Assembly: GCA_038231495.1 (NCBI GenBank)
Contig: JBBRLG010000001.1
Coordinates: forward strand, 1-52,079
DNA length: 52,079 nt
Source of the DNA: Gemmatales bacterium
GTDB lineage: Bacteria; Planctomycetota; Planctomycetia; Gemmatales; Gemmataceae
Direction of reading: 5' to 3'
The position numbers were made by a program, and so were the translations under genes. The notes under the pieces are model-generated. The model had not been told where the DNA came from. It ran no database searches and saw only the letters and a list, made by a program, of their open reading frames with translations. Within the stretch, counting starts at the first letter, position 1; every line of letters starts with the position of its first letter. Shown in pieces: positions 27,988 through 36,575 of this stretch.

Positions 27988-28271
27988 TTTACGGCCCTTC
28001 TTTCCGCCGCTTTGATCGCATCCCAGGTCCGCGCGTCGGGCATTCCTGCTTTGATCCACGCTTTGACTTCCTCGGCGTCCCAACGCAACTGAGAACCAAG
28101 TCTGTGTGCTTTCAACAACTTGCCGGACGCGCGAAGTCGGTGAAGCGTTGCGGGCGACGTTCGCAACTGAAAACACAAATCATTAGTGTCAAACGTCAGT
28201 GGCGCGCCCTGCGAGTCGTTCGGGGGTTGCTCGGAGGGGATAACGGTTGCCAGCTTCACGACGTTATTCAT
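27984..28271 (-). CDS. AlpA/excisionase-type HTH DNA-binding protein
   Basis: LRTSPATLHRLRASGKLLKAHRLGSQLRWDAEEVKAWI is an MerR/AlpA-like winged HTH. Translationally coupled to the primase gene. Confidence 0.6.
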   Translation of the reverse strand: MNNVVKLATVIPSEQPPNDSQGAPLTFDTNDLCFQLRTSPATLHRLRASGKLLKAHRLGSQLRWDAEEVKAWIKAGMPDARTWDAIKAAERRAVK

Positions 28272-28497
28272 GGCCGTCCCCCTTCCGGCAGGAGCGGCGG
28301 GCGTCGATGGCGTTCAGTTCGTGCCGGACCATTGCCACGGCCTTTCGGTCGTAAAGGCGAAGAGTTCCGGCGCGGGCGGAGGGGTTAATGTGTGGTCGTG
28401 TGGCCAGTACATGCAGAACGCGATGCAGGGGGACGCGCAGTTCGCCGGCGATAACGCCAGGAGTAATCAGGCGCGGGGCGGTCTTTGCGATACTCAC
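28264..28497 (-). CDS. small putative DNA-binding protein
   Basis: First gene after the operator region. ITPGVIAGELRVPLHRVLHVL looks HTH-like. Overlaps the next gene by 8 nt. Confidence 0.4.
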   Translation of the reverse strand: MSIAKTAPRLITPGVIAGELRVPLHRVLHVLATRPHINPSARAGTLRLYDRKAVAMVRHELNAIDARRSCRKGDGHE

Positions 28498-28541
28498 GGT
28501 CGCTCCTTTCAGGTCGGGACGTGGTGCCCTTTCTGAAAGAC

Positions 28542-28628
28542 AGCGCTCACAGGGGCTTTTGCGGAAGTGCTTTGGTGGAAAGGGAATAAAACTTGTGAGC
28601 GCTCACAAAGAGGCCGCGAGCGCTCACA
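28542..28628. promoter_or_regulatory. three-site operator (AGCGCTCACA x3, one full 16-bp palindrome)
   Basis: Cores at 28542-28551, 28598-28607 and 28619-28628. The middle site is TTGTGAGCGCTCACAA (28593-28608). Sites 2 and 3 are 21 bp apart. Confidence 0.55.
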
Positions 28629-28639
28629 AACTAGGACGA

Positions 28640-30007
28640 CTACAGGCGCTTTCGGGAGCGAACCACCCGCGGCCGCCGGTCCTTCGGATCATCTTCTAAG
28701 GGGCTAGGCTCGTGGTCGGCTTCCTGTGCGGAGAGTAGTTGCTGCTGCTCGGCGTCAGACAAATCATCCCACTTCGGCTTAGGTTGAGATTGCTCCTCGG
28801 CGGCAACTAACTGTTTTAATACTTCGTCGCGAGTCCCTTCCCCCTTCACGGCCTCAAGATCGTTGGTAAAGCTCACGGGAGCGGGGGAGGGCTGAGACGG
28901 CCGATTGCCGATCCGTCCGGCAAGGCGGAGCCTTTGCTTTTGAGCCTTGGGATAGAGAGGGGTTTTCGTCCACGTCTCGAAACTGCATCCAATTCGTGTC
29001 GCTTGCTTTCGCGTGGACAACAGAAAGAACTCCCCCTTCATCCGCCTTGCCAACTCCATCGCTTTCTTATTCGCTTCCTCCACCGTCATGCGACCCGACT
29101 TTTTATTTTCGCCGGAGGCACGGCCCATGCTTATCCGGTCGAAAAGCCGCGCGAAGTGGTCAACACGGTCGTATGCCGGGTAGAGACGGTTGACTAGCAC
29201 AACGCATGGTCCACCTTTTTCCTTTGCGGCCTCTTCTGCTGAAAGTCGGCCGAGGCGAACCGCGTGTTCCCACAACAGTAGATCGGTGCAGCCCTCTGCC
29301 AGTTGCTTGGCGGCTTCCTCCGCCTCGCGCTCCCGACCATCGCCAAGGCTTCGTCCGGCAGCCCAGCAATCCGCAACCAGTTCGAGCAATTGGTTTTTCA
29401 TTTCCGCGCGAAACTCGGTCGTTTGCGGCGAGCGCTCGCGCGGTGACTTGAGGTCCCGTGCCAGTTCTTGTTCGCGGATTTGCAAAACGAGCGCGCAAAG
29501 CTGGCGGAAAGGATTCGGTTTAGCGGGTTGCTCCACCGGACGACGGGTTGGAGTCTCCGTTTCTTCAACCAACTTCGCCCACCACTGACACATCTGGGGC
29601 GTTGATTCGATCAGGCAATCCTCGAGGGCTGCCGACTCGTTAGCGTTTGGCCACATGGTCCCGCCACTTCGCCCGCGCCTATCGAACGTAAAAACGGGGG
29701 CATCGGGACCGGGTTGCCGGACCTTTATCATTCCCTGGCCGATTAGCTGACGGATGGCCGCTGCTGCCACGTCTTTCGGTTGCCCTCGATCCCGGAGGGC
29801 TTGAATTATTTGAGAGTACCGAACGACTTTCAAACCCGGTGCGGGATCAGGTCCGGGGTTATCCGAAGCGTTAGCCATGTCCGCGAGCGCCGGCGGAATG
29901 AGGCGCATCGCCGCCTGCGTAAGTGCTTCTGGCGGGTTAAAGAATTCATGCTGGGTGTCGGTGAGTGAATGCAATTCGCCCGGACCGGACAGGGTATCGT
30001 CGCTCAT
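28640..30007 (-). CDS. hypothetical protein (455 aa), no recognisable domain
   Basis: Long ORF with a coherent frame and acidic/basic low-complexity tails. Lies between the dead hsdM and the replication-module operator. Confidence 0.6.
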   Translation of the reverse strand: MSDDTLSGPGELHSLTDTQHEFFNPPEALTQAAMRLIPPALADMANASDNPGPDPAPGLKVVRYSQIIQALRDRGQPKDVAAAAIRQLIGQGMIKVRQPGPDAPVFTFDRRGRSGGTMWPNANESAALEDCLIESTPQMCQWWAKLVEETETPTRRPVEQPAKPNPFRQLCALVLQIREQELARDLKSPRERSPQTTEFRAEMKNQLLELVADCWAAGRSLGDGREREAEEAAKQLAEGCTDLLLWEHAVRLGRLSAEEAAKEKGGPCVVLVNRLYPAYDRVDHFARLFDRISMGRASGENKKSGRMTVEEANKKAMELARRMKGEFFLLSTRKQATRIGCSFETWTKTPLYPKAQKQRLRLAGRIGNRPSQPSPAPVSFTNDLEAVKGEGTRDEVLKQLVAAEEQSQPKPKWDDLSDAEQQQLLSAQEADHEPSPLEDDPKDRRPRVVRSRKRL

Positions 30008-30146
30008 GAAGTGTCGCTCCTTCTCAGAAGTGCCGCAACCGCCCTCCCGCTTCTGAGTTCGGGAAGACGGCGCGGCAAGGATGCACCTTCATTGTTCGGG
30101 CGGTGAAGAAGGGAATCAAGGGCCGTCACTCGCAATACCGAACCGC

Positions 30147-31761
30147 TCATTTGATTTTACGGAGTGTTGCCAGTGCCTCGGCCACTTCGCGGCCCTTCGC
30201 TTCGATCAGGTCGAGCAGTTCTTCCGGCGTCCGCTTATCGACCACCGTTCTTGCGTTCGGGTTCACCGCCTTCAAATCGTAGTTCTTGGCCTCGCTGACC
30301 GAACGCTCGACGGTCCAGCTGCGGTCACTGTCGCCGCGTTCGGGTAGCAGGCGGAAGAAGTCTTCAAAACGGTCGAGCATGAACGGGGTTTTCTTGCCAA
30401 CCTTGATGTCGGACAGGTCGTAATACCAGATGCGTTCCGTCAGCCGGCCCTTGGTGAAAAACAGCAAGTTCGTTTTCACCCCCGCGCCGGCCGCGGTGAA
30501 CACGCCGCCGGGCATACTCACGATGCACCACAGTTCGCATTCGTCGAGCAAGTTACGCTTCGTCTGCACGAAAGCCAATTCGTTCGTGCGGAACAACACG
30601 CCCTCATCCAGCACGATTCCGCACCGGCCCCCCGGTTTCAAACTTTCGATGACGTGTTGCAGGAACAAAACCTGCGTCGCGCTGGTCTTGTAGGGGAAGC
30701 GCGTTTGCGCCTCCTTGCCTTCTTTGCCGCCGAACGACGGGTTCGTCAACACCACGTCGAATTGGCCGGGAGCGTCTTGAAACAGGCCGCCATAGGTCTC
30801 GCCGCCCGTCAGCGTGTTGCCGTGCCAGAGGTTCGGCTAGTCGATGCCGTGAAGCACCAGGTTGGCAAGGGCGATGGGGTAGACAAGGTTCTCTTTCTCG
30901 CGGCCGAAAAAAGTTTGCCGCTTCAAGATGTCGATTTGCTCCCCGGTCGCCGTCGCCCCGACCTGGGCGCGCATGAACTCGTTCGCCTGTGCCAAAAAAC
31001 CGCCGGTCCCGCAACACGAATCGTACACCGTTTCGCCGACCTTCGGCGCGATGACGCGGACCATCGCGCGGATGATCTCGCGCGGCGTGAAGAACTGGCC
31101 GCCGTCGTTGCCCTTCTCGCCCATTTTCAGGAGCAAGCCTTCGTACACCTGGGAGAGCGTGAAAACGTGCGTCGGGTCGGTGCGCTCGTTGCTGATTTCG
31201 TGAACCTTGTCCAGCACGTCGAGAAGGTTGCGCTCGGTGTCGATGCGCGTCCGCTCCACGCCCGACATGATTTCGCTAATGACCTTCTGCCGCGGCGTCG
31301 CGTTGGGTTTGTCGCGTAGCGTTTTCAAATGCGGCAACAGGTCGGTATTCACGAACCCGAAGAAGGCACCCAGCGCCCCGTTTTGCAACTCCTGGCGTTT
31401 CGGCCCTTGAGGGTCGGCCCAATCCTGCCAGCGGTACGGCACTTCAAGCGAGGGCGTGAAACCCGCGCCGACGGCTTCGGCTTCTTCGGCCTCGCGGGCC
31501 TCGCGCTCGTCGAGGATGCGCAGGAACAGAATCCACCGAGGGCGTGAAACCCGCGCCGACGGCTTCGGCTTCTTCGGCCTCGCGGGCCTCGCGCTCGTCG
31601 AGGATGCGCAGGAACAGAATCCACGTCAATTCGGGGACGTACTGCAACGCGCCGGCGCAGTTCGAGCGCCGCATGATGTCGCAAATGGATTTGATGGCGG
31701 AGTTGACGGAGGCTTGCGAGGTCAGAGCCTTGCCGTTGCCGTTGCTGCGTTTCTTGCCCAT
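30147..31761 (-). pseudogene. hsdM: type I R-M methyltransferase subunit, disrupted (88-bp tandem duplication + in-frame TAG)
   Basis: HsdM_N-like start (ICDIMRRSN...LTWILFLRILDE). Motif I FFTPREIIRAMV...YDSCCGTGGFL. Motif IV VVLTNPSFGG. It is split over ORFs 31444-31761, 30837-31442 and 30147-30755. Confidence 0.85.
31449..31624. repeat. perfect 88-bp tandem duplication inside hsdM
   Basis: Copies at 31449-31536 and 31537-31624. Two listed plus-strand ORFs start with the same 27 aa because of it. 88 is not a multiple of 3. Confidence 0.95.
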
Positions 31762-31765
31762 CGCG

Positions 31766-32575
31766 TTAGTGAGCCTCGCGCTGGACTTGTTCGATGTATT
31801 CCGTCACGTTTTCGGGCCGAACCGCCTGGACATGGTACTCTTCCAGGACGCCGAAAACTCGCTGGCGAAGACGGTCGTTCCGGTCGGTCGGTGCAAACGT
31901 CGTCACAACCACCAGTTTTTGATCCCGACCATCCGCCGTCAGGTGCTTGGCCAAGAGGTCGCCTTCCACCGCAAGAACCATCGCCGCGTTTTCCGCCGAA
32001 CTTTCCTTGGCAGGGAAGTAGTACGGCTTGACGTAATTTATCAACCCGTTTTCGTAAACGTAGGGAACGTTGATGCGCTTCTCCAAAACGGGAACCTCAA
32101 CCGAGACGTTAAGGCGCGCACGCTTGTCCCGCTTAAGGTTTCGGAAGAGTGCTTCCAATTCGGGGACAAGGGGGGGCCTTCGTCGCGCGCGGGGTCTTGC
32201 CGGCTCGATAACCAGCTTTTGAAAAAGGGCTTCCAGTTCTTGTTGCGGTTCGTCCACCACAAGGGAGCGGGGTTCGCTCAAACGCACGTTATCGGCGCGC
32301 GCGCCAACGAACCGCTCCAGGTCTTCCTTTGACCGCGGCCGGTCGTCGGTTTTTTCTAGGCGATAGACTAACCCGCGCTTCGCCGCGTCGAGGGCGCGCG
32401 GGTGAAACGCCTCTTTGCCGAAAACCTTCTTTACCCGGTCGTTCCCGTCGATCAGCTTGACCTGAACAAAATCAGACGCGGGGCAGAAAAGCAGTACGCC
32501 GACGTTTACCGCTTCCAGACGGGACGGGTCGGGGCAGAACTGAACCAAACTGTAGTAACCGGGTTGCGGGTGCAT
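31766..32575 (-). CDS. DUF3037-like protein with an uncharacterised C-terminal half
   Basis: N-terminus YYSLVQFCPDPSRLEAVNVGVLLF matches my recollection of the DUF3037 signature. 269 aa, intact. Confidence 0.65.
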   Translation of the reverse strand: MHPQPGYYSLVQFCPDPSRLEAVNVGVLLFCPASDFVQVKLIDGNDRVKKVFGKEAFHPRALDAAKRGLVYRLEKTDDRPRSKEDLERFVGARADNVRLSEPRSLVVDEPQQELEALFQKLVIEPARPRARRRPPLVPELEALFRNLKRDKRARLNVSVEVPVLEKRINVPYVYENGLINYVKPYYFPAKESSAENAAMVLAVEGDLLAKHLTADGRDQKLVVVTTFAPTDRNDRLRQRVFGVLEEYHVQAVRPENVTEYIEQVQREAH

Positions 32576-32617
32576 GGTTGTGCGTCCAGAGGGGTTGGAG
32601 CGTACCCCTATTGAAAC

Positions 32618-33436
32618 CTACGGGCATAGGGCGAGCAACTGTTTTATTACCTCATCGGCCACAAAGACGGCACGGCGACAGATTAACCGTTCCCACACGG
32701 GCAGAACGGCCGATGGAACCTCCCATTCACGCGGAACCCGAGCGAGGATTTCGTTGACGGTTTGGGGGTCGATCTGTCGGAGCCGGCGACTTGACTCTTC
32801 AAGAATTCCAGGTCGCAGCCAGTACAGGAAGGCAGGAAACAGGCCGTACAACCGGCCGTCCCTCTCGTGGTCAATGTCCGCCATCCTTTGGCTCAGGTCG
32901 CTGCCGCACGTGAAACAATGCGTGTGGTCCATCGCGACGAGTTGGCACCGCTCGGCGGGGAGGTTTTCACTGCTCAGGTATACATTATTGTAGTTCACCT
33001 TCCGCATTGCTAGGTCAGGAGGATGGCGGTCGCAGTTCAGCGCCCAGTTGTCGAACACGACAAGACGCGAAATGTCGTCGGGATTCTCCAGTGTTTCAAG
33101 CTCGACGGGATCGCCGCTCCACGTTCGGCCAGGACAGTCGCGGGCAACGAACGCCGGGCCGGGTTGGGCCTGGCCGCCTCGCCGAAAAGGAATTTCGGGA
33201 GCCTCGCCAAGAACCACCGTGGCATTATCGAACGTCGGCAAGCCAAACCATCGGGCCAAAGCCGTTGCCACCAGTTCGCACGCCAACGGATGCGGCCCTT
33301 GGCGATTGCCCAGCGCCTTGATGTACGCTTCCCCGGCAGCGGTTTCGATTCGGGCCGTCCCCATGCTAGTGTCGTACCCTTCGATGAAGCGTTTAACGCG
33401 CGTGGGTTGCCAGGGCGGCGCGACGGGTTGACTCAA
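32618..33436 (-). CDS. HipA-like serine/threonine kinase (kinase core only), TTG start
   Basis: Catalytic-loop-like VFDNWALNCDRH and downstream VAMDHTHCF. ~270 aa, without the HipA N-terminal domains. Confidence 0.65.
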   Translation of the reverse strand: MSQPVAPPWQPTRVKRFIEGYDTSMGTARIETAAGEAYIKALGNRQGPHPLACELVATALARWFGLPTFDNATVVLGEAPEIPFRRGGQAQPGPAFVARDCPGRTWSGDPVELETLENPDDISRLVVFDNWALNCDRHPPDLAMRKVNYNNVYLSSENLPAERCQLVAMDHTHCFTCGSDLSQRMADIDHERDGRLYGLFPAFLYWLRPGILEESSRRLRQIDPQTVNEILARVPREWEVPSAVLPVWERLICRRAVFVADEVIKQLLALCP

Positions 33437-33465
33437 ACCAACTCTCCTTGAGTCGAGAAGAAAGA

Positions 33466-34098
33466 TCAGGGTATGAGGATGTCAAGCGTTTGCCGCCGGA
33501 GGTCGTCGATGTAGCTCGCCAATCCTTCCCGGACTCCGGCCTCGGTCGCGGACAGGCCGGAGCCAAAGACGGCACGCAAGGCCGTGTCACAGTGACGGCC
33601 GGGCACGACTTTCGTGAGGACGGGAGCAAATCCCAGCCCGTCGATGATTCGGAGGATGGTTTGCTCGAAACAAATAACCCGGCCTTGCAGCCGACCCCGG
33701 ACCCGCTCGCAGACTTCGCCGGCGGCACTACAGAGAGCGACCAAACTGCGCTTGTCACTCGTGACCAGCCGGCAATCGGCGTAGGCTCCGGTTGCCGAGA
33801 ACAGCACGGCCTCACCGGTGTCGATGCCCAGGATGTCGTTGAAGGCGAGTTGTTCGTCCGGCGGCGGCGCTACGTCGATCACGCCAACCGCGTCGAAGAA
33901 ATGCCGGAGCCGTTCGTATTCGGGTTCACCCGGTCTTACCCTTCCCTTCCCAGGTTTTTTAGGGCTGATAAGCTTGTGAACGGCGGAGTTCAGGACCAAG
34001 ATTTCGGCGGAGGTAACACCAAGGGCAGCAACCGCCTCGCCCAAGAGGTCGCAGCAAGCCAGTTTCAGGATAACGTCATTGTCCGTAAGGCAGATCAT
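33466..34098 (-). CDS. PIN-like domain protein
   Basis: MICLTDNDVILKL, DTGEAVLF and LVTSDKRSL are acidic positions spaced as in PIN nucleases. ATG 34098 overlaps the upstream stop (ATGA). Confidence 0.5.
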   Translation of the reverse strand: MICLTDNDVILKLACCDLLGEAVAALGVTSAEILVLNSAVHKLISPKKPGKGRVRPGEPEYERLRHFFDAVGVIDVAPPPDEQLAFNDILGIDTGEAVLFSATGAYADCRLVTSDKRSLVALCSAAGEVCERVRGRLQGRVICFEQTILRIIDGLGFAPVLTKVVPGRHCDTALRAVFGSGLSATEAGVREGLASYIDDLRRQTLDILIP

Positions 34099-35087
34099 CC
34101 GGCGTGCCCGTGGCGCGTCACCCGCATAAGGAACTCGCTGCTGTCTTCGGGGAGCCGGGACCAATCCAGTTGGTCGGCCAGGGCCGCCCGGATGGTCTGG
34201 ATCGCATCGGCGCTCGGGTCCAACCGCTTCAGGGCCGCATTCGCTACGGCATAAAAGCCCGCCCCCATCGCATGGGCATAGTTGAGAACGACGTGCCCGG
34301 GGTCGATCTTTTGCAGGCGTCCGATTCGCCTCGCCTCATCGGCAAGGGCTTGCGCGTTCGGCCACCGACCGGCGGCGCGAAACTGGCGCGTCGCGGAGCC
34401 GGTGAGTAACTCAATCGCAAAGGAATTGGCCTCCATTTCCTCCGCGTCCAGACTCTCCTCGTCTACGCGGTCGTCTAGTAATGCTCCGTCATCCACTATG
34501 TGACCGCGAGCTATGTGGCCGATTTCGTGGGCCAGGATGAACAACTGCCACGCCGGCGCCTTTTTGCGGTTGCACAAAATGACCACGGGGCGGCCGTTGA
34601 CTCGGGCGGCAAACCCATCGGGTCGGCGGCAACTCTTCGGAAAGTGATCCAGGTGCAAAACCGGGATGCCGGCCGACCAGCAAAAGTTGAGGAGTTCCGG
34701 AAGGCCAACCCAACGAGCACCATCAAGGATCGTCTGGCGAATCTCGGCGGGGTCCGCGGAGATAGGCAGGGAGGGGGATTCCATCGCCTCGGCTGCCAGT
34801 TGGGCGGCCCGCGTTGCCAGCATCCGACACAGGACCAACTCATCCTCGCTAACGTCCGCGCGTTTCTTGTATCTGCACGAACCGAATTCGCGGAGCCGCA
34901 CCGGAGCCGCCTCGTCTTGTAGACTCGCAAGGTCGAGACCCAGGTGGCGCGAAAGAATTAGCAGAGCGTGGGCGTAACCGGCAGGGTTCGACGCGATTTC
35001 GTCGTCCCACCAGCTGGGCAGGGCCGTATCCCGGATGTACTTTCGGCTCAGGCCGGCTCGGCTGAGCCGAGCGTACAGCGGCGACAT
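34095..35087 (-). CDS. ImmA/IrrE-family zinc metallopeptidase
   Basis: HEXXH in WQLFILAHEIGHIARGH, plus the downstream EEMEANSFAIELL typical of this family. ATG 35087 is preferred to the listed TTG 35198. Confidence 0.8.
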   Translation of the reverse strand: MSPLYARLSRAGLSRKYIRDTALPSWWDDEIASNPAGYAHALLILSRHLGLDLASLQDEAAPVRLREFGSCRYKKRADVSEDELVLCRMLATRAAQLAAEAMESPSLPISADPAEIRQTILDGARWVGLPELLNFCWSAGIPVLHLDHFPKSCRRPDGFAARVNGRPVVILCNRKKAPAWQLFILAHEIGHIARGHIVDDGALLDDRVDEESLDAEEMEANSFAIELLTGSATRQFRAAGRWPNAQALADEARRIGRLQKIDPGHVVLNYAHAMGAGFYAVANAALKRLDPSADAIQTIRAALADQLDWSRLPEDSSEFLMRVTRHGHAG

Positions 35088-35211
35088 GGGGTTGACCGTA
35101 GACAAAGCGTTTTTCCTCCCCGGCGTATTGACGGCAAGCCTCCTCGCAATGGGTTGATGGTCGTGATGAGTCGAAGGGTCCGATCCGTGACTTGACAAGC
35201 TTCGTCTCTCA

Positions 35212-35334
35212 TTATACTGCCTGGACGGTCAACGTCGATACGGGGTTCCCCACGCGAGAATAGCCGGGAGCGGTGTCGATCCGGGCCGTTCCCAGGCGCG
35301 TGGATGACCAGGGTGTCGGGACGGGTTGACTCAT
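35212..35334 (-). pseudogene. relic 5' fragment of a HipA-like kinase gene
   Basis: MSQPVPTPWSSTRLGTARIDTAPGY... versus the intact MSQPVAPPWQPTRV...GTARIETAAGE. The DNA is ~85% identical over ~95 aligned nt with a ~35-nt gap. Its ATG overlaps the hsdS stop (ATGA). Confidence 0.6.
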
Positions 35335-36575
35335 GCCAACTCTCCTTGAAACGCGCGACGGAGAAGGGCGGCGGGTAGAGCAGCGATTGCCGAGAGTTGC
35401 GATTCAACCGCGGCCCGCGCTTGAGCCACGGTTGCCAGCTGCTTCGTTAACCCCTCAGCGATTCGCCGTTGCCTCTCGATCGGCGGCAGTTCAATCTCGA
35501 CCGCCGCAACTTCTTCCGTTCGGATGCGGGGAAGTTGACCCGGCGTTTGATCGACCGGCGCTCGGTTCAAAAACGTGGGACTGCGCATAAACCACGAAAC
35601 GAAAGTTGCGTCCGCAACGTCAGGCTTGAGACAATAAACGTATTGATCGACGGAGCAGATACCGTCGAATTCGGCTACCCAAACTTTGTTCAAATAGGGG
35701 CGCAAATATCCGTAAACGATGTCTCCCTTGCGGAATTGAGGCTTCCGCCCGGTAAGTCGAGCCAGATCCGTTTCGACTGCACCGATACGGACCCCTGTTT
35801 GCGATTGAACATGCTCAAGGCCGACAAACGTGGCACTGCCCGATGGGCTGTCATACGGGTGAATTACTTCTTTGCGAAGCGCGAGAATATCCCCCAGAAT
35901 TTTCTTCGGCCACGCCCGACGGCCATGACTGTCGAACACTTCTCGCAGATACGCGGCGGGGAGTGACTGTGCCGCCTTCAAGCGGACTTCGGCGGCGGTC
36001 CGTGCCCGTTCCACTGTGGCCAATTGATTCGTCAGCTTGGCGGCAAGGCGTTCCTGTTCTTTTGGTGACAGCAAGGGAATCCTGAATTCTTCGATCAGCG
36101 ATTTTGTCAGCGCCTGTCGCGTCGCCCCGGCCTGCGTGTCTGAAATGAATTTCTGAAAGCCTGGCGTCGAGATCAGCAGAGACAGGTAATGTGGAGAAAG
36201 GTCGGGCTTGCAGCGAATGATGCTGACGTGCTGATTAACATTTGCCGGGCAAAGTTCGGCTGGCACGACACACACGCGACCGATGGAAGCCCCCGTGATG
36301 TTTAACAGCACATCACCCGGTTCGACGCGGCTGGTTTTCATCTCGGCATCTTGCTCGACCGAAACGAACGCTAGTCCTTCCCGGCTAAACCGATTAAAGT
36401 GGACGTTTTGGCTCCTGATAAGGGGAATTCCGCTCCGCTGGTATGTCGCGTGGCCTCCGAGTGGCGTCAAACCGCTTCCGATTTTTGTCGTCAAATCTCC
36501 AAGCCGACCCCATCGCCAACCGGAGCGCAGTGGTCGCTCGGTTTCCCCGTTTCCGTACTGCATTACCTCACTCAT
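35331..36575 (-). CDS. hsdS: type I R-M specificity subunit
   Basis: Two target-recognition halves, each followed by the conserved coiled-coil repeat (PLLSPKEQERLAAKLTNQLATVERAR / LPPIERQRRIAEGLTKQLATVAQAR). Confidence 0.9.
   Translation of the reverse strand: MSEVMQYGNGETERPLRSGWRWGRLGDLTTKIGSGLTPLGGHATYQRSGIPLIRSQNVHFNRFSREGLAFVSVEQDAEMKTSRVEPGDVLLNITGASIGRVCVVPAELCPANVNQHVSIIRCKPDLSPHYLSLLISTPGFQKFISDTQAGATRQALTKSLIEEFRIPLLSPKEQERLAAKLTNQLATVERARTAAEVRLKAAQSLPAAYLREVFDSHGRRAWPKKILGDILALRKEVIHPYDSPSGSATFVGLEHVQSQTGVRIGAVETDLARLTGRKPQFRKGDIVYGYLRPYLNKVWVAEFDGICSVDQYVYCLKPDVADATFVSWFMRSPTFLNRAPVDQTPGQLPRIRTEEVAAVEIELPPIERQRRIAEGLTKQLATVAQARAAVESQLSAIAALPAALLRRAFQGELA

Noticed and set aside
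28593-28608. The 16-bp match to the synthetic symmetric lac operator considered as cloning-vector contamination.
   Set aside because: Only 16 bp match and the flanks are unrelated to vectors. Two further half-related sites nearby indicate a native operator family.
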